Source of the DNA: an uncultured Actinomycetes bacterium
GTDB lineage: Bacteria > Actinomycetota > Thermoleophilia > UBA2241
Reading direction: 5' to 3'
DNA: 64,000 bases
Assembly (NCBI GenBank): GCA_963767005.1
Contig: CAVYCN010000004.1
Location: 384,001 to 448,000, forward strand
Shown here: piece after piece, positions 19,477 through 29,602 of the stretch
Numbering within the stretch: position 1 is the first letter of the stretch
Layout of the letters: each line of letters starts with the position of its first letter
Translations under genes and position numbers: made by a program
Notes under the pieces: generated by a model
Told to the model about the DNA's origin: nothing
Database searches by the model: none
What the model saw: the letters and a program-made list of their open reading frames with translations, nothing else

Positions 19477-20613
19477 GTGACGATGCGCCTCGACCCCTTC
19501 CAGCTCGAGCGGTACTTCGGCCAGTACGAGTTCTCGGTGCCCTACGCGCTGGCCTCGTCGGACTGCGACGGGCTCGCCCTGAACGACCTGCTCGCCACGG
19601 CCGACCCCGACACCCGCAGGCTCTGGGATTCGCTCGCGCTGGGCTACACCGAGACCCAGGGCCATCCCCTGCTACGCGAGGCGATCGCCGGGCTGTACGA
19701 GGGCTGCGGCCCCGAGCACGTGCTGGTCGCGGCCCCCGAGGAGCTCGTCTTCATCGCCATGAACTGCCTGGTGCACACCGGCGACCACGTCGTGACGACG
19801 TTTCCCGGCTACCAGTCGCTGTACTCCGTGGCCGAGTCGCTGCACGCCGAGGTGTCGCACTGGGAGCCCGACGAGAGCGCCGGCTGGCGGTTCGACCCGG
19901 AGCGCCTCGCCGAGCTCGTGCGGCCCAGCACGCGCCTGATCGTCGTGAACTTCCCGCACAACCCGACCGGCGCCCTGCCGAGCTACTCCGAGTACGAGCG
20001 CATCCTCGAGATCGCCGTGAGCCACCGCATCGCCGTCCTGTCCGACGAGATGTACCGCCTCCTCGAGCGCGCCGAGAACGACCGTCTGCCGGCCGCCGCC
20101 GACCTCTACGACCGCGCCGTGTCGCTGTCGGGCGTGTCCAAGACGCTGGGTCTGGCCGGCCTGCGCATCGGCTGGCTGATCGTGCGAGACGCACGTCTCA
20201 TGCGCCGCCTGATCGAGTTCAAGGACTACACCACGATCTGCAGCAGCGCCCCGAGCGAGATCCTGGCGATCGCCGGCTTGCGCGCCCGCGACGGCATCCT
20301 CGCCCGTCACCGCGCGCGGATCGCCCACAACCTGGGCCTGCTCGAGGGGTTCATGGCCAAGTACGCGGCGCTCTTCTCGTGGGTGCCGCCGCGGGCCGGC
20401 ACGGTCTGCTTTCCGCGCTTCACGCACGCGAGCATCGGCACGCCCGAGCTCTGCCGCCTGGCGCGCGAGCAGGCGGGCGTGATGCTCGTGCCCTCGACGA
20501 TGTTCGACTACGGCGAGCGCCACCTGCGCATCGGCGTGGGCCGCGAGGACTTCCCCGACGGCCTGCTGCGCCTGAGCACCTTCCTCATGAGCAGGCGCGC
20601 CGGGCAGGAGTAG
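19477..20613 (+). CDS. PLP-dependent aminotransferase class I/II
   Basis: NFPHNPTG, DEMYR, SGVSKTLGLAGLRIGW. Confidence 0.92.
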   Translation: MTMRLDPFQLERYFGQYEFSVPYALASSDCDGLALNDLLATADPDTRRLWDSLALGYTETQGHPLLREAIAGLYEGCGPEHVLVAAPEELVFIAMNCLVHTGDHVVTTFPGYQSLYSVAESLHAEVSHWEPDESAGWRFDPERLAELVRPSTRLIVVNFPHNPTGALPSYSEYERILEIAVSHRIAVLSDEMYRLLERAENDRLPAAADLYDRAVSLSGVSKTLGLAGLRIGWLIVRDARLMRRLIEFKDYTTICSSAPSEILAIAGLRARDGILARHRARIAHNLGLLEGFMAKYAALFSWVPPRAGTVCFPRFTHASIGTPELCRLAREQAGVMLVPSTMFDYGERHLRIGVGREDFPDGLLRLSTFLMSRRAGQE

Positions 20614-20670
20614 GCGCGGCGCTCGGTCGGACCCGGCGATCGTGCCGGGCGCCGCGGTCTTCCCGAAAGA

Positions 20671-20714
20671 CGACGAGGGGCGGGGCGGCCACAACGCCGC
20701 CCCGCCCCTCGTCG
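20671..20714. terminator. Bidirectional hairpin between convergent genes
   Basis: 19-bp stem CGACGAGGGGCGGGGCGGC with 6-nt loop; arm shares GAGGGGCGGGGCG with the 3714 hairpin. Confidence 0.65.
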
Positions 20715-20770
20715 GTGGTCCGGTCCTGTCCGTCGGGGCCGCGCCCTGGGTCAGGCTCCGGGCCGTCTCA

Positions 20771-22597
20771 TCACGACTCGAGCGCCTGCGACGAGCGACG
20801 GCGCAGGAAGAACACGAGCAGGCCGACGATCACGGCCACCACGACCACGATGACCGCGATCGTGACGCCCTTGGCGCCGCCCGAGCTCTTGGCCGTCACG
20901 TTGGGCGCCAGGTCCCGGTAGGTGTCGATGTTGTTGTAGTTGTAGATCGCCGAGCCGGTGCCGGCCGGGGCCTTGGTCCAGCCGGTCCACTTGGCCGAGT
21001 TCCAGGCCTCGAGCTGGTAGGGGTAGGAGAGGACGGCGTACGGCGCGGCGTAGTAGAAGAGCTTCTGGGCCTGCTGCACGTCGGCGATGCGCTGGGTGTC
21101 GTTCAGCTCGGTCGCCGCGGCGTTGGAGAGCTTCGTGTAAGCCGGGTCGGTCCACAGGCAGTCATTCCAGCCGTAGCCGGTCGACTGGGGCGGCGTGTAG
21201 ATGCTGATCATGAAGGCCGGGTCGACGTCCTGGGTCCAGTACCACATGAACATGTCCCAGTTGGGCGTGTACGTGTTGCCGGTGAACTGATACTGGGCGC
21301 TCGTCAGCACGCCTGCGTCGACCACCGACAGCACGACCTTCACACCGACGGCCTTGAACCAGCCCACGACGAGCTTCGCGGCGATCACGTTCTGCGGCGA
21401 GTCGGTCGTGACCATGAGGCGCAGCGACAGTGGTTTGCCCTGCTTGGTCGTGCGGTAGCCGTCGGCGCCGCGCTTGTACCCGGCGCTGTCGAGCATCTGG
21501 TTGGCCTTGGCCGGGTCGTAGGTGAACATGTCGTTCGCCGGCGGCTGCCAGTGGTAGGGCGAGTAGGGCACGATCAGCGACGAGCCCGGCTGCGCGTAGC
21601 CGTTGAAGGCCGTCGTGACGATCTTGTTGCGGTCGATGGCGTAGTTCATGGCCTGGCGGAAGACCTGGTCGCGCAGCACCGGGTTGCCCTTGGAGTTGGG
21701 GCTCGCGTAGCAGTTGAAGGCGAGCTCGGTGAACTGCCACTCGTCGCCCTCGCTCGTCGTGATGCCGGGCGCCGACTTGAGCGCGCTGAACTCGGCCGGC
21801 GGGATGTCGACGGCGGCGTCGATCGCGCCCAGCTTGAGGTCCTGGGCCATCGTGTCGGAGTTGGTGTAGGTGAGGATGTAGAGGTACTTGATGTGCGGCG
21901 CGCCGCCCCAGTAGTTCGGGTTGGCCTTGAGCTCGACGTAGCTGTGCGAGACCCACTTGACCACCTGGAAGGGCCCCGTGCCGACGATCGGCGGGTTGTT
22001 CTGGAAGGTGCTGCTGGCGGCCTTGCCCGAGATCTTCGACCAGATGTGCTCGGGCAGGATCGGCACGACCATGCGCAGCATGTTGGCCTTGGGCGCCCTG
22101 GTGTAGACCTCGACCGTGTTGGGCCCCGTCGCCTTCGCTCCCGTGATGCCGTCGGTGTACACGGCGAGGTTGGCGAGGTTGTTCTTGACGATGTAGTTGA
22201 AGGTGAAGGCCACGTCGGCCGCCGTGAACGGCACGCCGTCCTGCCACTTCACACCCTGGCGCGTGGTGAACGTCCAGGTCTTGCCGTCGGGGGACACCTT
22301 CCACGAGGTGGCAAGCTCCGGACGCGGCGAGAGCGTCTTGGCGTCGAAGCCTACGAGGAAGTCGTAGTTCAGGTGCCAGATCTGGTAGTCGAGCCCCTGG
22401 ATCCCGATGAACGGGTTGAGGTTGTCGGGGTCCTGGAGCTGGCCGATGCGTACGACGAGCGAGCCGCTCGACGGCGCCGGCGACGGCGCAGGGCTCGAGC
22501 TCGCGGCCAGTGCCACGGCCGACCCTACGGCCACGATGGCGACGACGGCCGCGACGAGCAGGCCGAGTCGCGCCAGGAGGGCGGGCTTCAACGTCAT
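20771..22597 (-). CDS. ABC substrate-binding protein family 5 with C-terminal transmembrane anchor
   Basis: Signal peptide without lipobox Cys, GVKWQDGVPFTAADVAFT, GTGPF, C-terminal IAVIVVVVAVIVGLLVFFLRRR. Confidence 0.92.
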   Translation of the reverse strand: MTLKPALLARLGLLVAAVVAIVAVGSAVALAASSSPAPSPAPSSGSLVVRIGQLQDPDNLNPFIGIQGLDYQIWHLNYDFLVGFDAKTLSPRPELATSWKVSPDGKTWTFTTRQGVKWQDGVPFTAADVAFTFNYIVKNNLANLAVYTDGITGAKATGPNTVEVYTRAPKANMLRMVVPILPEHIWSKISGKAASSTFQNNPPIVGTGPFQVVKWVSHSYVELKANPNYWGGAPHIKYLYILTYTNSDTMAQDLKLGAIDAAVDIPPAEFSALKSAPGITTSEGDEWQFTELAFNCYASPNSKGNPVLRDQVFRQAMNYAIDRNKIVTTAFNGYAQPGSSLIVPYSPYHWQPPANDMFTYDPAKANQMLDSAGYKRGADGYRTTKQGKPLSLRLMVTTDSPQNVIAAKLVVGWFKAVGVKVVLSVVDAGVLTSAQYQFTGNTYTPNWDMFMWYWTQDVDPAFMISIYTPPQSTGYGWNDCLWTDPAYTKLSNAAATELNDTQRIADVQQAQKLFYYAAPYAVLSYPYQLEAWNSAKWTGWTKAPAGTGSAIYNYNNIDTYRDLAPNVTAKSSGGAKGVTIAVIVVVVAVIVGLLVFFLRRRSSQALES

Positions 22598-22692
22598 GGA
22601 TGGCTCCTTTCGACGGACGGGACACGCTCCGCGGGGAGCGGCGATGCGAAACGACGATCGACGATCGTGGCCATGCCTCCTTGCGACGAGCC

Positions 22693-24108
22693 TCACCGGC
22701 CGGGCGGCGCCTGCGCGACGATCTCGTCGAGGCGCCGTCGTGTCGTTGGATCGAGTGTGAACGGCGGCTCGCCGCCGAGCAACTCGGCGGTGCGCGCCGC
22801 GACCCTCTGTTTGAGGGTGGTCGCGCCGTCGGCCCGCCAGCGCTCGTAGGGCGACTGGTCGAGCAGGTCGGTCGTGAGGAAGCGCCGGTAGCGGGAGCGC
22901 GTGTACGGCCGGGCCAGGTGGTTGCCACCGGGGCCGGCCAGCATGATCTCGTCGAGCGCCAGGGCCTCGTCGTCGACGGGCAGCTCCTCGGTCAGGGCGC
23001 GCGCATAGCCGATGAGCTCGTCGCCCAGGACGAGCGCCTCGAACGAGCTCTGCAGGCCCGACTCGAGGTAGCCGACGTCGTGCAGCAGCGTCGCTCCGCA
23101 GAGCTCGCCGAGCACGGTGGCGAGGGCCGACTCGGCGGCCGCCTGCTCGTCGAAGAGCTTGCTGTCTGAGTCGCCCGCGTAGGCCCAGCTCGGCAGGCCG
23201 TACCAGTGGGCGAGGTCGACCGAGGCCTGATTGCCGAGAGCCACCCCCGGCGGCCGGTAGGCGTCGACCATGGTCCGCATGTTGAGCACGCCGACGCCGG
23301 CGCCGTAGAGGAACGGCGCGCCCGGCGCGGCGAGCTGGTGCACGACGAGGCCGGCGAGCACCTCGGCGTTGGCGACCACGATGACGGCCGGGATCGATGC
23401 CGGCGCCGTCGAGCCGGCCGACGGCGCCGGCGCGAGGATCACGGGCAGATCGAGCTCGCCGCAGACGAGCAGCTTGTCGAGGCAGATCTCGTCGAGCTGC
23501 AGGGGCGGCGACGACATGACGAGGCAGCCGAGGCTGCCGGCCCCGTCGCAGGCCGCCGCCATCTCGGCCATCAAGCGCAGCGGCGCGCCGCCGAAGGGGC
23601 TCGAGACGACGATCGGCTTGCGCGTGCCGGCCAGCATCGCGGTGAGCTGGACGAGGTCGATGCGCTCGGGGTCGGCGTCGTCGGGCAGCCCCATCGACAT
23701 GACGAAGTCGACGTTGGTCAGCCGCTCGGCGAGGCGGGCGAAGCGCTCGCAGTCGGTCAGCCGCGCGCGGCGCCGGCCGCCGGCCGGGTCGTCGACGTAC
23801 AGGCAGTCGGGGCCGGTGCCGTACCAGGTGCGGCCGTCCGTCAGCTCGCGGTCGAGGCTGCGGTCGGGCGCGCGGCCCTTCAGCACGAAGCTGCGCGGAG
23901 CGCTCGCCAGGGCCCGGTCGACGAGCTCGCGGGGCAGGCGGGCGCGGGTGTCTCGGACACCCGCGCCCGCCTGCCGCAGCAGCTCGAGCGCGGCGGGGTG
24001 GCGCACCTCGACGCCGGTCTCGGCCAGCACGCGGCAGCTCGCCTCGTGCACCCGGGCGCAGGCGGCCTCGTCCCAGACGCGCACCCTGGCGCGCAGCGGC
24101 GCGGTCAC
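22693..24108 (-). CDS. MttB superfamily methyltransferase, non-pyrrolysine
   Basis: YGTGPDC, PGAPFLYG, AYAGDSDSKLFDEQAA, HDVGYLESG, GPGGNHL; GTG overlaps upstream stop. Confidence 0.92.
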   Translation of the reverse strand: MTAPLRARVRVWDEAACARVHEASCRVLAETGVEVRHPAALELLRQAGAGVRDTRARLPRELVDRALASAPRSFVLKGRAPDRSLDRELTDGRTWYGTGPDCLYVDDPAGGRRRARLTDCERFARLAERLTNVDFVMSMGLPDDADPERIDLVQLTAMLAGTRKPIVVSSPFGGAPLRLMAEMAAACDGAGSLGCLVMSSPPLQLDEICLDKLLVCGELDLPVILAPAPSAGSTAPASIPAVIVVANAEVLAGLVVHQLAAPGAPFLYGAGVGVLNMRTMVDAYRPPGVALGNQASVDLAHWYGLPSWAYAGDSDSKLFDEQAAAESALATVLGELCGATLLHDVGYLESGLQSSFEALVLGDELIGYARALTEELPVDDEALALDEIMLAGPGGNHLARPYTRSRYRRFLTTDLLDQSPYERWRADGATTLKQRVAARTAELLGGEPPFTLDPTTRRRLDEIVAQAPPGR

Positions 24109-25508
24109 GCCTTGCGCTCCCTTCCGGCGGCCTCCATGATCGCGGCGACGCGCTCGCGCGCGGCCGGGTCGAGCGTGAACGGCCGGCTCGCGCGCAACTC
24201 GGCGAGCCGCGTCTTCACACGGTCGAGCATCGTCTGGGCGCCACTGCCCTGCCAGCGGTCGAACACGGCGTGGTCGAAGAGGTCGTCGTACCAGAAGTCG
24301 CGCGCGTGGCGCCGCGTGTACCTGCGTGCCAGGAAGTTGCCGCCCGGCCCGACCTCGCGGATCTCGTCGAGGGCGAGCGCATCGTCGTCGGTCGGCACGT
24401 CGCGCATGAAGGCCTTGGCCCAGCCGACGGCGGCGTTGCCGAAGACGATCGACTCGCACGAGCTCTGCAGGCCCGATTCGAGGTAGCCGACGTCGTGCAC
24501 GAGCGTGCCACGTCCGAGCCCGCCCGACATGGCGGTGAGGCCGTACTCGAGCGCGAACTGCTCGTCGATCGTCTTCGAGTCGGACATCGATCCGTAGTCG
24601 AAGCACGGCAGCCCATAGAAGCGGCAGAGGTCCTCCATGGCGGCCTGGCCGAGCGGGCTCTCGGGCGTGGTGTAGGCGTCGACCGCGGTGCGCATGTCCA
24701 TGGCGCCCACGCCGACGCCCCAGACGAAGGGCGCGCCTGGGCGGATCTGCTGGTGGTAGACGAGGCCGGCCAGGGTCTCGGCGTTGGCTACGACGACGGT
24801 GCCGGCGATCGAGCGGGGGCCGGTGGAGCCCGCGTTGGGCGCCGGCGCCCAGATCACCGGTACCTGGAGCTCGGCGCAGGCCTGCAGCTTGGTGAGGCCG
24901 TCGCGGTCGTGCATGAGCGGCGGGGCCGGCATGGCGTAGATCATGAAGCTGTCGGCGGCGCCGGCCGCCTCGCACATCTGCTGTACGGCGCCGACGACAC
25001 CGCCGTTGCGTGTCGCCACCATGAGCGGCTTACGCGTGCCGGCCAGCATGGCCGCGACCGCCGAGAGGTCGTCGATCGAAAGCGGCGCGTCCTCGGGCAG
25101 CCCCATCGACATGACGAAGTCGATGTTGGGAAGCTGCTCGCAGAGGGCCGCCATCTCCTCGACGTCGGCACAGCGCACCCGCCGCCGCTCACCGGTATCC
25201 GGGTCGCGGTAGAACAGGCAGTCCGAGCCGGTGCCGAAGTAGGTGTTGCCGTTCGCGAGCTCGAGGGCTTCGTCGCGGCCGCGCGACCGGACGGTCCAGG
25301 TCCGGGGGGCGGAGGCAAGGGCCTTGTCGACGACGGTGGCGTCCAGGCGGACGCGCGTGCCGTCGACCCGGCCGCCGGCCGCGGCGAAGACTTCGAGGGC
25401 GGGTGGGTGGCGTACGTCGATGCCGGTCTCGGCGAGGACAGTGAGGGTGGCGTCGTGCACGCGACGGCAGTCGTCTTCGCTCCAGACGATGATGCGGGCC
25501 GCTGACAT
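24105..25508 (-). CDS. MttB superfamily methyltransferase, non-pyrrolysine
   Basis: YFGTGSDC, RPGAPFVWG, YGSMSDSKTIDEQ, HDVGYLESG, GPGGNFL. Confidence 0.92.
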   Translation of the reverse strand: MSAARIIVWSEDDCRRVHDATLTVLAETGIDVRHPPALEVFAAAGGRVDGTRVRLDATVVDKALASAPRTWTVRSRGRDEALELANGNTYFGTGSDCLFYRDPDTGERRRVRCADVEEMAALCEQLPNIDFVMSMGLPEDAPLSIDDLSAVAAMLAGTRKPLMVATRNGGVVGAVQQMCEAAGAADSFMIYAMPAPPLMHDRDGLTKLQACAELQVPVIWAPAPNAGSTGPRSIAGTVVVANAETLAGLVYHQQIRPGAPFVWGVGVGAMDMRTAVDAYTTPESPLGQAAMEDLCRFYGLPCFDYGSMSDSKTIDEQFALEYGLTAMSGGLGRGTLVHDVGYLESGLQSSCESIVFGNAAVGWAKAFMRDVPTDDDALALDEIREVGPGGNFLARRYTRRHARDFWYDDLFDHAVFDRWQGSGAQTMLDRVKTRLAELRASRPFTLDPAARERVAAIMEAAGRERKA

Positions 25509-26008
25509 CGGTTCCCCCTTTGCTCTTCGTTGGGCTCCCGTGACGGGGGGCCGGAGTGGGCGGGCGCCGATGCCGAAGGACGGCCCGAGGGCCGTGGTCT
25601 GGCTTGTGGTGCGCCCGCCTGGTCTTCGTCTTGTGGGGCGACCGCCTGTCGCTACGGGGAGCGGTCGCCCTGCGAAGGGCTACGGCGTGAGGGTGCTGCG
25701 CGAGGGGCCGCGTTCGGTGAAGATCTTGTACCAGATGCCGCCGAAGAACTCGCGGGCGGCCGCGCTCGTGGCGGCGCGCGTGGTGCTACGGGCGATGTCG
25801 GCGCGGTGGTACAGCTTCAGGTCCCCCCGTTGCGGCGTCCGGAAGGCCCGGACGATGTCCCGCATCTTCGGCGACCGGCCCCGCGCGTGTCAAGCCGCTC
25901 ACGCCGGATGAGCCGCGCCGGGTCGAACGCCGACGACGGCGTCGCCAGGCGGGCGAGCCGTGCCACGAAAGCCGTCGCCACGCCTGGCGTCGGCCCCGGC
26001 GGGCTAAG

Positions 26009-27088
26009 CTAGGCCGTGTGGCGGAAGTTCATGACGTCGCCGTCGGCGACGACGTAGTCGCGGCCCTCGATGCGCAGCAGGCCCTTGTCGCGGGCGTGGG
26101 CGAACGAGCCCACGGCGATCAGGTCGTCGAGCGGGACGACCTCGGCCCGCACGAACTTCTTCTGGATGTCGCCGTGGATGCGGCCGGCCGCCTGCCAGGC
26201 GGTCCAGCCCTGCGGTAGCTGCCAGGCGCGACTCTCGCTCGACTTGAAGTCGCCGGTGAAGAACGTGATGTAGCCCAGGGCGCGATAGCAGCCGGCGATC
26301 AGCTCGTCGACGCCGCCCGGCGGCACGTCGAGCTCGGCGCGGAACTCGGCGGCGTCGGCCGGCTCGAGCTCGGCGAGCTCGACCTCGAGCCGGGCGGCCA
26401 GAACGACGACTTCGTCGCCGCGTGCCGCTGCCCAGGCGGCGAGGTCGTCGCCCGCGCTCAGGTGCGATTCGTCGGTGTTGAGCACGAACAGCACGGGCCG
26501 CTCGGTCACCAGGGCGAGGTCGCGCAGGAGCGGCTCGTCGTCGAGGGTCCGTTCGATCTGGCGTGCCCGGTGCCCGTCGCCCAGGCCGGCCGCCAGACGT
26601 TCGAGCACGGCCATCTCCCTCTTTGCCTGGGCATCGCCGGCGCGGGCCGCCTTGACGGTCTTGTCGCGGCGCCGCTCGACGAGCTCGAGGTCGCTCAGCA
26701 CGAGCTCGGTCTCGACCGCCTCGACGTCGGCGACCGGGTCGATCGCGGCGCGCGGGAAGGCCACCTCGGGATTCTCGAAGGCGCGCACCACGTGGGCGAC
26801 GGCGTCGACCTCGCGGATGTCGGCCAGGAAACGGCTGCCCAGAGCCTGCGAGTGCTCGCCGCCACCCACGCCCGGGATGTCGACGACCTCGATCGTGGCG
26901 TGCACCTCGCGCGGGGTCTGCAGCACCTCGTTCAGGCGGTCGAGGCGCGCGTCGGGCACGGCCACGACGCCGTGATTGGCCTCGGCCGAGCTGAAGGCGT
27001 AGGCGGTGGCGAGGGCGCCGGCGTGGGTGAGCGCGTTGAAGACCGTGGTCTTGCCGGCATTGGGTAGCCCTACGATGCCGAGTTTCAC
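26009..27088 (-). CDS. ychF: Ribosome-binding ATPase YchF
   Basis: GIVGLPNAGKTTVFNALT, VPDARL, C-terminal EGRDYVVADGDVMNF. Confidence 0.93.
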   Translation of the reverse strand: MKLGIVGLPNAGKTTVFNALTHAGALATAYAFSSAEANHGVVAVPDARLDRLNEVLQTPREVHATIEVVDIPGVGGGEHSQALGSRFLADIREVDAVAHVVRAFENPEVAFPRAAIDPVADVEAVETELVLSDLELVERRRDKTVKAARAGDAQAKREMAVLERLAAGLGDGHRARQIERTLDDEPLLRDLALVTERPVLFVLNTDESHLSAGDDLAAWAAARGDEVVVLAARLEVELAELEPADAAEFRAELDVPPGGVDELIAGCYRALGYITFFTGDFKSSESRAWQLPQGWTAWQAAGRIHGDIQKKFVRAEVVPLDDLIAVGSFAHARDKGLLRIEGRDYVVADGDVMNFRHTA

Positions 27089-27178
27089 GAGCGCCTCATC
27101 GCGGCGTGCCCCGCCGGCGTTGCGTGGCGCGGGCTCTGCCCCTGCGGCTGCCTGTGGTGGTCGCGTTCCATGGCCGCA

Positions 27179-27739
27179 CTATATCCGCACGAAGGCGACG
27201 TAGGGCAGCCCCAGGGCGCAGCCCAGGCAGAGGCCGGCGACCACGTCGCCGAGGTAGTGCACGCGCAGGTACACGCGGCTGGCAGCAAGGACGGTCGCCA
27301 GGGCGGCGAAGGCCGGCCAGAGGTCGGGATAGAGCACGCCCATGGCGAGGGCGCCGACCGTGCTCATGCTGGCGTGCGACGAGGGAAACGATGGGCTCGA
27401 CGGCAGCGGGATGTCGGCGGTCACGCCCTCTTCGCGCTGGGGCGGGCGGCGGCGGCCCACGGCGCGCTTGACGCCGTACGTGATCCACTCGGTGGCAAGG
27501 ACGGCGCCCGAGACGTAGGCGAAGCGCCGGCCCGAGAAGCCCGGACCGTCGCTTGCGGCCGCGCACAGGGCGGCAAGACCGAACCAGACGATGCCGTAGT
27601 TGCCGGTCAGCGAGACGGCGCCCAGCGGCAGCGTGACCCAGCGGGGGTGCGGCCAGCGTGCGCCGATCGCCGTCGAAGCGGCGCGGTCGCAGGCTTCGAG
27701 GCGCCGCAGGAGGGTATCGGGTGGCGAGGGCATCGGCAT
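27179..27739 (-). CDS. PAP2 family phosphatase
   Basis: KRAVGRRRP, SFPSSH, SRVYLRVHYLGDV. Confidence 0.9.
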   Translation of the reverse strand: MPMPSPPDTLLRRLEACDRAASTAIGARWPHPRWVTLPLGAVSLTGNYGIVWFGLAALCAAASDGPGFSGRRFAYVSGAVLATEWITYGVKRAVGRRRPPQREEGVTADIPLPSSPSFPSSHASMSTVGALAMGVLYPDLWPAFAALATVLAASRVYLRVHYLGDVVAGLCLGCALGLPYVAFVRI

Positions 27740-27801
27740 GGGCGGCGGCGTTCAGTATACTATCGGCCTTACCGTCTCCGTCGTTCCGTCCCGAGGCACT
27801 C

Positions 27802-28092
27802 ATGGCCGATCAGACCCCCCGCACGAGCGTCATCGTCACCGCTCTCGGCCCCGACACGCACGGCCTGCTGGCCGCCGTCGCCACGACGATCGCCGAGTGC
27901 GACGCCAACGTCGACGACGTCAGTCAGACCGTCACCGGCGGCATGTTCACGATGATCATGTTCGTATCGTTCTCGAGCGGCGACACCACGCTCGCGGCGC
28001 TCCAGGAGGCGCTCACCGCCACCGGCGCGCGGGTCGGCTTGCAGATCACGGTGCAGCACGAGGACATCTTCCGCTTCATGCACCGCGTCTAG
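27802..28092 (+). CDS. ACT domain protein (UPF0237)
   Basis: VTALGPDTHG, NVDDVSQT, QHEDIFRFMHRV; usual partner of DUF711. Confidence 0.9.
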   Translation: MADQTPRTSVIVTALGPDTHGLLAAVATTIAECDANVDDVSQTVTGGMFTMIMFVSFSSGDTTLAALQEALTATGARVGLQITVQHEDIFRFMHRV

Positions 28093-28137
28093 CGGGCGCG
28101 GCGTGGACTCCCGTAACCGGCTGTAAGGGGCGGCGTC

Positions 28138-29502
28138 ATGGTCTTCATCACGAGCGAAGAGATCCTCGAGACCGTGCGCATGATCTCCGACGAGAACCTC
28201 GACGTGCGGGCCGTCACCATGGGCATCTCGCTCAACGACTGCGCCTCGCGCGACGTGGGGCGGGTCTGCGAGCGCATCCGGGCCAAGATCACGCAGCGCG
28301 CCGGACGCCTGGTGGCCGTCGCCCGCGAGATCCAGGACAAGTACGGCGTGCCGATCGTCAATCGTCGCGTCTCGGTCACACCGATCGCCGACGTGGTCGC
28401 CGCCGGCGACGCCGACGACTACGTCCTCGTGGCGCACGCCCTCGACGCCGCGGCGGCCGAGATCGGCATCGACTTCGTGGGCGGCTTCTCGGCTCTCGTG
28501 CAGAAGGGCGTCACGCGCCACGACGCGGCGCTCATCGAGGCGATCCCGCAGGCGATCGCCGACACGAGCCGCGTCTGCTCGTCGGTCAACGTGGCCTCGA
28601 CCCGAGCCGGCATCAACATGGACGCCGTCACCCGCATGGCCGACGTGCTGCTCGACGTCTCGCGGCGTACGGCCGACCGCGACTCGATCGGCTGCGCCAA
28701 GATCGTCACGTTCTGCAACGTGCCCGAGGACAACCCCTTCATGGCCGGCGCGCTGCACGGCAGCGGCGAGCCCGAGGTCAGCATCAACGTCGGCATCTCC
28801 GGACCGGGGGTGGTCCGCAACGTCGTGGCCGGCCACCCCGACCTGTCGTTCACCGAGCTCGCCGACCTCATCAAGCGCACGGTCTTCAAGATCACCCGCG
28901 TAGGCGAGCTCGTGGCGCGCGAGGCGGCCGAGATGCTCGACGCGCAGATGGGCATCATCGACCTCTCGCTGGCACCGTCGCCGGCGGTGGGCGATTCGGT
29001 GGCCGAGATCCTCGAGGCCATGGGGCTCGCGCGCACCGGCGCGCCCGGCACGACGGCCGCGCTCGCCATGCTGAACGACGCGGTCAAGAAGGGCGGCACC
29101 ATGGCGACCTCGTCGACCGGTGGCCTGTCGGGCGCCTTCATCCCGGTGAGCGAGGACGCCGGCATGGCGCGCGCCGCGGCCGAAGGGGTGCTCTCGATCG
29201 AGAAGCTCGAGGCGATGACGGCCGTCTGCTCGCTCGGCCTCGACATGATCGTCGTGCCCGGCGACACGCCGCGCGACGCCCTGGCGGGCACCATCGCCGA
29301 CGTCATGGCGATCGGCATGATCAACGGCAAGACGACGGGCGCCCGTCTGATCCCCGCTCAGGGCAAGGCGGTGGGCGACTGGGTCGAGCTCGGCGGCCTG
29401 TTCGGCGCCTCGCCCGTGATGCCGCTGAGCACGGCCGGCAACGCCGCCTTCCTGGCCCGCGGCGGCCGCATCCCCGCGCCGCTGCAGAGCCTGACCAACT
29501 AG
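28138..29502 (+). CDS. PFL-like family protein (UPF0210/DUF711)
   Basis: LDVRAVTMGISL, RVSVTPI, GGLSGAFIPVSED, RIPAPLQSLTN. Confidence 0.93.
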   Translation: MVFITSEEILETVRMISDENLDVRAVTMGISLNDCASRDVGRVCERIRAKITQRAGRLVAVAREIQDKYGVPIVNRRVSVTPIADVVAAGDADDYVLVAHALDAAAAEIGIDFVGGFSALVQKGVTRHDAALIEAIPQAIADTSRVCSSVNVASTRAGINMDAVTRMADVLLDVSRRTADRDSIGCAKIVTFCNVPEDNPFMAGALHGSGEPEVSINVGISGPGVVRNVVAGHPDLSFTELADLIKRTVFKITRVGELVAREAAEMLDAQMGIIDLSLAPSPAVGDSVAEILEAMGLARTGAPGTTAALAMLNDAVKKGGTMATSSTGGLSGAFIPVSEDAGMARAAAEGVLSIEKLEAMTAVCSLGLDMIVVPGDTPRDALAGTIADVMAIGMINGKTTGARLIPAQGKAVGDWVELGGLFGASPVMPLSTAGNAAFLARGGRIPAPLQSLTN

Positions 29503-29519
29503 GCCGTCAAGCGACTGCT

Positions 29520-29569
29520 GTCGGACGCGCGGCGGGGCGGCCGTACGGCCGCCCCGCCGCGCGTCCGAC
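29520..29569. repeat. Perfect 50-bp palindrome between convergent genes (terminator/REP-like)
   Basis: GTCGGACGCGCGGCGGGGCGGCCGT plus exact reverse complement, centred on CGTACG. Confidence 0.85.
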
Positions 29570-29602
29570 TCGTCTGCCGCGCCGCTTCGTGCGCGGGTGT
29601 CG

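Noticed and set aside
7718-25508. Pyrrolysine recoding in the MttB genes
   Set aside because: All three are full length with no in-frame TAG; no pyl genes or tRNA-Pyl seen
25680-25865. 61-aa ORF upstream of mttB
   Set aside because: No RBS or recognisable motif; overlaps the probable promoter/leader
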